NCBI RefSeq assembly: GCF_037902255.1
Contig: NZ_CP147990.1
Span: 780,001-812,000 of the forward strand
Length of the DNA stretch: 32,000 nt
DNA from: Candidatus Electrothrix sp. GW3-4
GTDB lineage: Bacteria; Desulfobacterota; Desulfobulbia; Desulfobulbales; Desulfobulbaceae
Direction of reading: 5' to 3'
Below the pieces are notes generated by a model. It did no database searches and was not told the origin of the DNA. It was given only the letters and a program-made list of their open reading frames with translations. Position numbers and translations under genes: made by a program. Shown one piece after another: positions 14,579-21,513 of this stretch. Numbering within the stretch: the stretch's first letter is position 1; the number at the start of each line of letters is the position of its first letter.

Positions 14579-16270
14579 ATGAAAATACCGTACGGAGAAA
14601 GCAATTTTAAAAAAATCATCACCCAGGGGTTTCTCTATATTGATAAAACATCTTTCATAGAAACCCTGGAGCAGAACGGCAGCTACAACATCCTGCTCCG
14701 TCCCCGCCGTTTCGGCAAAACCCTCTTTCTCTCTACCCTCCGCTCGTATTACGACATCCGCTGCAAGGATGAATTTGAGTCCCTTTTCGGCCAGCTCGTT
14801 ATCGGTCAAAGGCCCACCCCGCTGAAAAACAGCTATCAGATTCTCGCCTTTGACTTCAGCGGTATTGAAACCAGCAGCGAAGAAGATATCCGGCGCGGGT
14901 TCAACCGCAGAGTGGAAACCGCCCTGAAAAAATTTCTCAGGCGTTATGGCTATCCTTTGGAAACGGATCGGATTATAGAAAAACAGACCAGCCCTGCCGA
15001 TAAAATAGATTATTTTTTCACAGTACTGGAAGAAGCGAATATCTACCTGCTCATTGATGAATACGACCATTTTGCCAACGCCATCCTTGGTGAAAGCCTG
15101 GAGCTCTTCTCTGCTATCGTGGGTAAGGGCGGCTTTGTCCGGGCCTTTTACGAAGTCATCAAGACCGCGACCATGGAGGGCATTGTTGATCGTCTCCTGA
15201 TCACCGGCGTGACCTCCATCACCCTGGACAGTATGACCAGCGGCTTTAACATCGGCGACAACATTACCTATCATCAGGATTTCAATCAGGCAATGGGCTT
15301 TACTGCCCAGGAAACCGAGGAGATGATCCAGCCCTTTGTCGAGGTCTGCGAGCTGAATCAGCAGGAGGTGATGCAGACCCTGGCGAATTGGTATAACGGT
15401 TACCGTTTCAGCAGCCGGGCAGAGGAAAAGATTTTCAATCCTGACATGGTCTTGTATTTTCTCAGATCTTTTGATTCGGTCGAATGCCGTTGGCCAGAGC
15501 GGATGCTGGACGATAATATCGCCTCGGATTACGGCAAGATCATGCGGCTGTTCGGGATCGGGGATCGGGAAGGCAATTTTGCCATCCTTGAAGAGTTACT
15601 GGTCAATGGGGAGATCATCGGGCACCATAAGGGCAGGCTTGATCTGGATACGCACAAACCCTTTGAGCGTGACGATTTTATCAGTCTGCTCCTCTATATG
15701 GGCTTTATCACTATCAATGATACTGTGCTGGCCGATTTGCGCTACCGTGTGCCAAATTATGTGATTGAACAGCTCTATTATCGTTACTTCAAAACAGAAA
15801 TTGAACTTCGATCGCAAGTCACCCTGGATAATGGCCGCCTGAAAGAAGCTGTCAGGCAACTTGCCCTGCACGATAATATCACTCCACTGCTTGAAGAGAT
15901 CCGCAAGGTCCTGGCCCTGTTCTCCAACCGTGACTTCATGCGCATGGATGAAAAGCACATCAAGGCCGTGATCCTGACCCTGCTGTATCAGTCCGAGGTC
16001 TATTTCATCCGCAGCGAGGCTGAAGTGAACAAGCGTTACCCGGATATCCTCCTGCTGGAGCGCAAGCCTATTGCGGTGCGCTACCAGTTCCTCTTTGAGC
16101 TGAAGTTCAGCAAGAAAAAGGAGGGGGACAAGGGGCTGGAGGCAAAACGGGCCGAGGGGATTGCCCAGATCAGGGCCTATCAGGAGCTCGCCGATATCAG
16201 GCGTCTGCCCAAACTGCAATCCTACCTCCTGCTCACCGATGGCATCGAGATTGAAGCGATTGCGGTGTGA
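14579..16270 (+). CDS. AAA-ATPase-like / PD-(D/E)XK nuclease (PDDEXK_9-type) protein, paralog 2
   Basis: Same length (563 aa) and same motifs as paralog 1. Residues ~36-226 and ~441-563 are nearly identical to paralog 1, while residues 1-35 and ~227-440 are diverged. Confidence 0.85.
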   Translation: MKIPYGESNFKKIITQGFLYIDKTSFIETLEQNGSYNILLRPRRFGKTLFLSTLRSYYDIRCKDEFESLFGQLVIGQRPTPLKNSYQILAFDFSGIETSSEEDIRRGFNRRVETALKKFLRRYGYPLETDRIIEKQTSPADKIDYFFTVLEEANIYLLIDEYDHFANAILGESLELFSAIVGKGGFVRAFYEVIKTATMEGIVDRLLITGVTSITLDSMTSGFNIGDNITYHQDFNQAMGFTAQETEEMIQPFVEVCELNQQEVMQTLANWYNGYRFSSRAEEKIFNPDMVLYFLRSFDSVECRWPERMLDDNIASDYGKIMRLFGIGDREGNFAILEELLVNGEIIGHHKGRLDLDTHKPFERDDFISLLLYMGFITINDTVLADLRYRVPNYVIEQLYYRYFKTEIELRSQVTLDNGRLKEAVRQLALHDNITPLLEEIRKVLALFSNRDFMRMDEKHIKAVILTLLYQSEVYFIRSEAEVNKRYPDILLLERKPIAVRYQFLFELKFSKKKEGDKGLEAKRAEGIAQIRAYQELADIRRLPKLQSYLLLTDGIEIEAIAV

Positions 16271-16624
16271 TGGACCAGGCAGCGTACCCCTTGACCCGGA
16301 TTTCATCCTGCTGTACGATGAAATTTGTCGTTTGTACAAGCAGGCGCCGGAAAGTGGTTAAAATGGTCAAAAATAAAAAGCTGAATAATATCAATTACCA
16401 CGGCCCGTCCGGGTAAATGGATTTGAAAAAGGAGGGGAAGTAGGGAAAACAACGTATGTTTAATGTGTTACGCGAATAATGGAGGTCGTTATGGGCCGCA
16501 CATTGATTTCATTGGGAAAAACGGGATTTTTCAGGGTTTGGAACGCGTCGGGGAGTCGTCGAAGCGGCATGGGCCGCAAATGGGTATGTAGGTCTCTGAT
16601 TTCGCTTTGTGAAAAAGGGGTAGA

Positions 16625-16661
16625 GGTGTCGACTTGACCGGTTTTGGAACTGGGTTAGGAC
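16625..16661 (+). repeat. Second solitary, more degenerate CRISPR repeat-like sequence
   Basis: GGTGTCGACTTGACCGGTTTTGGAACTGGGTTAGGAC retains the TTGACCGGTTTTGGAAC core. It is preceded by the same leader-like sequence as the 14346 copy. Confidence 0.6.
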
Positions 16662-16722
16662 GGAGGGGCGACCGGCGGTCGCCCTTTGCCGGTGTACGGA
16701 GGCATGACGATTCCGTGATGTT

Positions 16723-16797
16723 GTAGGCCGGACCTCTGTGTCCGCCCAATATGTACCACAACCGAGGTGATTCAGGGCACGGCACGCCGTTCCCTTA
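16723..16797 (+). other. Conserved post-repeat block, copy 3 (diverged)
   Basis: GTAGGCCGGACCTCTGTGTCCGCCCAATATGTACCACAACCGAGGTGATTCA-GGGCACGG-cacg-CCGTTCCC-TTAC. It is separated from the repeat-like sequence by a 62-nt insertion carrying its own hairpin (GGGCGACCGgcGGTCGCCC). Confidence 0.5.
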
Positions 16798-16988
16798 CGA
16801 GATCCGTCCCTCTGCCCGTTAGATGCACCAGGGTGTTACCCTTTACTGATGTGTATCCCCCCTTTGGGGTTTGGTGCCAGCTCGAACCCGTGGTGCTCTG
16901 TATCAGGCGGAAAACGAAAGAAAAAGCCCCAGAGGGGCTGTATATATCTAGCCCAGGGTAACGCCCTGGATGTCCTAAGGAGGAGACG

Positions 16989-17474
16989 ATGATCGAACTG
17001 GAAACCGGTGACCCTTGGAACGGAGAAAATAAACCCGCTTCTTTCTCCCGATTTCTTCTTCCCTTTTCCTACACCCTGAACCCGGCCAATCCTGCTGCGG
17101 TCAAATCGGATCAGCTCTGCTTTCGGCAAATCCAACCGAAAAAAGACTTTGAGCGGGAACGTCTCCTTTATTTCACCGCAGAAACGGCCAACGTGCTCTT
17201 TCAACGGGCAATCTGGGCCGAGATTGACGCGGATTTCTGGCAGAATGCGGGATTGAGCGGTCCCTTCTCTTTTCAATCTGTTAACCGTAATACTGAACAG
17301 CCGATTAAGGTCGCTCTGACCCCACCCCGGTTAGTCCTCTTTGAAGGATGCTCGGAAAACCCTTCTCTTCATCCGACCCTTTGTCACGGTTTTCTCATTC
17401 TGGATACCTTCTTTCCTGATATTTGTCTTTCAGGTGAGCGTCCCGGCTTGGATGACGTCCGATCAGCGTCATGA
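16989..17474 (+). CDS. Hypothetical protein (161 aa), probably the 3'-truncated N-terminal part of a larger protein
   Basis: Strong ribosome-binding site (AAGGAGGAGACG-ATG) and no recognisable motif. The ORF ends exactly where base composition switches to the AT-rich cassette (~17470). Confidence 0.5.
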   Translation: MIELETGDPWNGENKPASFSRFLLPFSYTLNPANPAAVKSDQLCFRQIQPKKDFERERLLYFTAETANVLFQRAIWAEIDADFWQNAGLSGPFSFQSVNRNTEQPIKVALTPPRLVLFEGCSENPSLHPTLCHGFLILDTFFPDICLSGERPGLDDVRSAS

Positions 17475-17556
17475 TGAGAGTTCAAGTTGCTCAACGCAGT
17501 TTTAATGCTGTTGTGGAAGTAGAGCATTACATAATATGGAATGATATGAGATCAAA

Positions 17557-18399
17557 ATGAAAGAATTTGACAGCTACTATTCCGCACTTTTCAGTCAATC
17601 GAACCGTATTTACTCTGTACGATACACTCTGTTAACCGTCACAATCGCCTGCCTTTTATATTCAGTTGTTGCTCGTGGATATTATTTGTACATAGCAACT
17701 GTTTCCGCTTTGCTGTTTCAAATAATTTCTTGGTATCTGAAAGTAAGAATAGAAAATATTCGATACCTTGCTAATGAGTTTCAAAAGTTTGACATACTGT
17801 ATTGTGCATATGGAAAAATTCCGAGTGAATTTCATCTCTCACATTTAAAAGCAATGGTTAGCGGAAAAATTTTTTCTGACGTTGAGAAAAAAATGAAAAA
17901 TGATGATGTTGGAGGGAAATATTATTCCGATAATATTGACATCCCAAGAGAAAAACTCTTCTCAATGATTCATGAAAACTGTTACTGGAATCATTACCTC
18001 TATAAATACGTCTTCTTTCTATTTGCCACTGGAATTGCTTTGATTTCATCTTGTTTTGTTGTCTCGTCTTTTTTTGCTTTTCCGTTAATAAAAATTGATC
18101 CAGAATATACAGTCCCAAGACTGGCCTTTACCTTTTTGTCGCTTTTCCTCGTGTATGAGCTTCTTGAAAAAGCAAAAAACAGCTATGTTTCTTCCAGGAT
18201 AATGCTTGAAATTGACAATGAACTAACAAGGTCAAGAGGAGATATTTCAGAGGTAAACCTTTTGAAAATATTTAATCAGTATTGCAATGTCAAGGAGTCA
18301 GCACCGGATATTCCCGGTTTTCTTTACAAAAGAAATAAGGGAAAATTGAATGACGGCTGGAAAAGCCGGGTTCTCAAAATGCCTGACGATACCATTTAA
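17557..18399 (+). CDS. Four-TM membrane protein, possibly an S-4TM-type pore-forming effector
   Basis: Two helix pairs (YTLLTVTIACLLYSVVA / YLYIATVSALLFQIISWYL and YVFFLFATGIALISSCFVVSSFFAF / RLAFTFLSLFLVYELL) separated by a ~90-aa soluble linker, plus an ~80-aa soluble tail. Strongly AT-rich relative to its flanks. The S-4TM assignment rests on architecture only. Confidence 0.6.
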   Translation: MKEFDSYYSALFSQSNRIYSVRYTLLTVTIACLLYSVVARGYYLYIATVSALLFQIISWYLKVRIENIRYLANEFQKFDILYCAYGKIPSEFHLSHLKAMVSGKIFSDVEKKMKNDDVGGKYYSDNIDIPREKLFSMIHENCYWNHYLYKYVFFLFATGIALISSCFVVSSFFAFPLIKIDPEYTVPRLAFTFLSLFLVYELLEKAKNSYVSSRIMLEIDNELTRSRGDISEVNLLKIFNQYCNVKESAPDIPGFLYKRNKGKLNDGWKSRVLKMPDDTI

Positions 18400-18465
18400 G
18401 TTTTTGTTGTCTGTGCCGAACAGGAAAACATGTGACGGAGAAAAATAATGGAAAAAAATGAATTT

Positions 18466-18567
18466 TGATGGTTTCGTAAAAAGTCCAATTTTGCGAAAAA
18501 GTCGTATTGTAACTCGTTGAGTTGCCGTTAGCGAATTGCTGTTTTCTGACTTTTTACCAGGTCATCA
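18466..18567 (-). mobile_element. Second copy of the MITE-like element, inverted relative to 13942-14042
   Basis: TGATGGTTTCGTAAAAAGTC ... GACTTTTTACCAGGTCATCA. It aligns end to end with the reverse complement of the first copy with scattered substitutions. AT-rich flanks (AATTT / ATTTT). Confidence 0.7.
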
Positions 18568-18610
18568 ATTTTGGTTTACCCACATGAAACAGCGAGGAGC
18601 CGAAAAATAG

Positions 18611-18871
<261 letters not shown>

Positions 18872-18928
18872 GTTGTTGCAATTTGTTGGCGAGGAGATTT
18901 TGATAGGAGAAGGCGCAGAGAAAAAGTA

Positions 18929-19720
18929 CTATGCGCCATCCTCAATTTCTACCAACCGGCCATTGCCCAGGTATTGAAAATTCGGCCCCTCAGGGCTCAG
19001 GGCCAGACAGATATCCGGCTGCAGGGGTACTGCGGAGGCGATCGGTCGCAGATTGATGGTCAGCAGCTTACGGCCGGTCAGGTCTTCGATCCAATACTGA
19101 TCGTCGCGAAAGAAAACCCGGGCATGACGGGCAAGCAGCGAGGGATGCGCCAGCGTACACTCGCACTCGTCGTCGCTGCCGATAATGACCGGGAGCTGCT
19201 GAAAAGACTGGAGGGTGGCACCGTATTGCACGATCAGACTCTTGGCCACGCTGACAATGGGTTCCTCGGAAACAGGGCTGTCCGCAAAGGAAGGGGCGGG
19301 CGCCCTCGGTGCTACCTGCTCAGCTGAGGGCTGTTTTTCCGGGATACGTCCTTTGGTTTCTTCGGGTTGGGGGGGAATAGGTTCTCTCTCCTCTGCTGAG
19401 ACCGTTGTTGTCAGGAAACTGACCTTGGGCCCATCCTTGCCAGCAAGGATGAGGACATCGCCGTTTTTCAGAAAGACCTCTTTCTGCGGTCTGCCGTTGA
19501 CCAGGATGCCGTTGGTGCTTGTGTCAATCAGCTTGAACCGGTTGCCTTCCCGCCTGATTTCAGCATGTTTACGAGAAACAGCGCTACAGGTTCCGGGAAA
19601 GACGACCTGGCATTCAGGATGGCGGCCAAGAAGGATAACGTCTTGGGAAAACGCATGGATTTTACCTTTTAATGGCCCGTCGATATGAATCAGCTGTATT
19701 TTGATATCCGGAATATTCAT
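18929..19720 (-). CDS. Protein with two FHA domains
   Basis: FHA 1: ILLGRHPECQVVFPGTCSAVSRKHAEIRREGNRFKLIDTSTNGILVNG. FHA 2: VIIGSDDECECTLAHPSLLARHARVFFRDDQYWIEDLTGRKLLTINL. A Pro/Glu-rich linker lies between them. Confidence 0.85.
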   Translation of the reverse strand: MNIPDIKIQLIHIDGPLKGKIHAFSQDVILLGRHPECQVVFPGTCSAVSRKHAEIRREGNRFKLIDTSTNGILVNGRPQKEVFLKNGDVLILAGKDGPKVSFLTTTVSAEEREPIPPQPEETKGRIPEKQPSAEQVAPRAPAPSFADSPVSEEPIVSVAKSLIVQYGATLQSFQQLPVIIGSDDECECTLAHPSLLARHARVFFRDDQYWIEDLTGRKLLTINLRPIASAVPLQPDICLALSPEGPNFQYLGNGRLVEIEDGA

Positions 19721-19825
19721 GGAGTTACATTCTGTGCTAATGTCATGAAAAAATGACGTGGATTGGTGATCTGTTCACAAGAATACCCTGTTTCCTAACA
19801 GGTTTTCAAGAGAGGAGTCAGAAGA

Positions 19826-20563
19826 ATGGGAGAAATCAGACTATCAGCTCATGGTCTGACGGATACAGGGCTTTGTCGGACAAGCAATGAAGACAGTTGG
19901 TTTGTCCGCTGCGAAGCTGGCTGCTTTCTTGTGGCTGATGGGATGGGGGGCGCTGCAGCCGGTGAGATTGCCAGCAGAATTTTTATGCGTATAGCCGAGC
20001 AAGCAGGTGGTCATCCAGCAGAGCGGACCAGGGAAGAGGCCATAACCCAGCTGAAAGAAAGCTTTATCACGGCCAATGCAGCGATCAGAAAACATGTTGC
20101 CAAGCATCCAGACCATCGGGGCATGGGCTGCACTGCTGAACTGCTCCTGGTCCACGAGCGTGGTTTTGTCCTCGGGCATATCGGTGACAGCAGGGTCTAC
20201 CGACTGCGCCAGGGACATCTTGCCCGCCTGACCAAGGACCACTCCCTGGTGCAGGAACAGGTGGACCAGGGCCTGATTTCCCAGGATGAGGCCCGTACTC
20301 ATCGCCTGCGCAATGTGATCATCAGGGCAGTGGGAGTCAATGAACAACTGGAGATTGATATTATCCAGGGCGGCTTGCAGGCCGGGGATCTTTTTTTGCT
20401 CTGTTCTGATGGGTTGACTGATATGGTTGCTGATGATGTGATGCAGGATATACTGTTGAGCCAGGCAGCCTTGCCAGAACAGGCGGCACAGCTCATAGAG
20501 CAGGCCAATACCGGTGGGGGCAGGGATAATATTACGGTCGTGCTGGTGCGGGTGGAACCATGA
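19826..20563 (+). CDS. PP2C-family Ser/Thr phosphatase
   Basis: TDTGLCRTSNEDS, LVADGMGGAAAGEIAS, GHIGDSRVYRL, LLCSDGLTDMV and GGRDNITVVLVRV. Confidence 0.9.
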   Translation: MGEIRLSAHGLTDTGLCRTSNEDSWFVRCEAGCFLVADGMGGAAAGEIASRIFMRIAEQAGGHPAERTREEAITQLKESFITANAAIRKHVAKHPDHRGMGCTAELLLVHERGFVLGHIGDSRVYRLRQGHLARLTKDHSLVQEQVDQGLISQDEARTHRLRNVIIRAVGVNEQLEIDIIQGGLQAGDLFLLCSDGLTDMVADDVMQDILLSQAALPEQAAQLIEQANTGGGRDNITVVLVRVEP

Positions 20564-21513
20564 AGAGATGCATCTACTTGTTCCTGCATGCCGTTTTCCT
20601 GGTGTATCCATACAGCATGCATGCCGCAGAATCCGGGGAGCAACCGTATGCCCTTTCCCGGGCAGCGGCGCGGCAGGCTGTCTGCCAATGGCTGAATGCG
20701 CACGGGTATAGCTATCAGGTCCTGTCTGAACCCGGCGGGGTCCTTCTGTTGCGGAGTGTGAGCCCGGCTGCTGAGCCCTGGCAGCTTGAGCTCCGCCCCC
20801 ATTCCCCTCTCTCCACCGCTGTGACGCTTTCCTCCGCAGGGAGTGGAGAGGAAAGGACCAGGTTTGCAGAGCTCCTTCCCTACCTTAAAGAACGAGCGGC
20901 AGGGGATACAGCGATAACCAGGGGGAAAGAGGGACAACAACAGCGGGATGGCATTCCAGGCCCTGTCCTGGATCAGATCGGCACCGTGGTCTGTGTCCGG
21001 GCTGGCAGCCCTGAGAACACCATCCAGTTTTCCGGTTTTTTTATTGAGAAGGGGCTTGTTCTCTGCACAGCGCACGACCTGGGGGTAACGAGAGAGGTCA
21101 GTATTGTCTCCACTGTGGGCGTGCATTTTAAGGGGGAGATCATCCAGCGTGATCCCCAACGTGATCTGGCCCTGATTCGGATCGAAGATGGACCGGACCA
21201 GGTGGTTTCCCTGGCGCAAGGCCGTAATCTGGTCGGCATGGGCGAAAGGATTTTTTCCATTGGCTGCCCGGTCGCTCTGCGCGGGACCGTCAACGCTGGC
21301 TTTATCAACGGTCCTCCTCGTCGGCTCCATGAGCTGCCCCTGTGGCAGGCTGATATTGCGATTCAGCCTGGCAGCAGTGGCAGTCCGGTTTTTGACAGTA
21401 ACGGCGTCCTGATTGCGGTGGTTAAGGGTCGTCATCGCCTTTCCCCGGGTATTGGCTTTCTGATCCCGCTGGAAGTTATTACAGATTTTCTCCAGGAAAA
21501 AAGCGAACAATGA
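20560..21513 (+). CDS. Secreted trypsin-like (S1-fold) serine protease domain protein
   Basis: N-terminal signal-like segment. Catalytic triad contexts LCTAHDL, RDLALIRIED and IQPGSSGSPVF. Its start overlaps the PP2C stop (ATGA at 20560-20563). Confidence 0.8.
   Translation: MKRCIYLFLHAVFLVYPYSMHAAESGEQPYALSRAAARQAVCQWLNAHGYSYQVLSEPGGVLLLRSVSPAAEPWQLELRPHSPLSTAVTLSSAGSGEERTRFAELLPYLKERAAGDTAITRGKEGQQQRDGIPGPVLDQIGTVVCVRAGSPENTIQFSGFFIEKGLVLCTAHDLGVTREVSIVSTVGVHFKGEIIQRDPQRDLALIRIEDGPDQVVSLAQGRNLVGMGERIFSIGCPVALRGTVNAGFINGPPRRLHELPLWQADIAIQPGSSGSPVFDSNGVLIAVVKGRHRLSPGIGFLIPLEVITDFLQEKSEQ

Noticed and set aside
12195-16270. Idea that the AAA-ATPase/PD-(D/E)XK genes are Cas4, Cas3 or another known Cas nuclease
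   Set aside because: The architecture (N-terminal RRFGKT P-loop domain plus a C-terminal PDDEXK_9-type motif, no Cys cluster, no helicase motifs) does not fit Cas4 or Cas3. Any CRISPR link rests only on position and the shared repeat module.
16531-17276. ORFs 16531..16785(-), 16767..16961(+) and 16836..17276(-)
   Set aside because: They lie in the repeat/block/hairpin region or antisense to the 16989 gene, which has a strong ribosome-binding site. Their translations are low-complexity.
13942-18567. Interpreting the two inverted MITE copies as ends of a composite transposon carrying 14043-18465
   Set aside because: No transposase lies between or near them. The copies have diverged and have different flanking short repeats, so independent insertions are the simpler explanation. 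Noted only as a possibility under the MITE finding.
20299-21510. 403-aa minus-strand ORF, and the 19844..20611 minus ORF
   Set aside because: They are antisense to the PP2C and trypsin-like protease genes, both of which show complete catalytic motifs on the plus strand.
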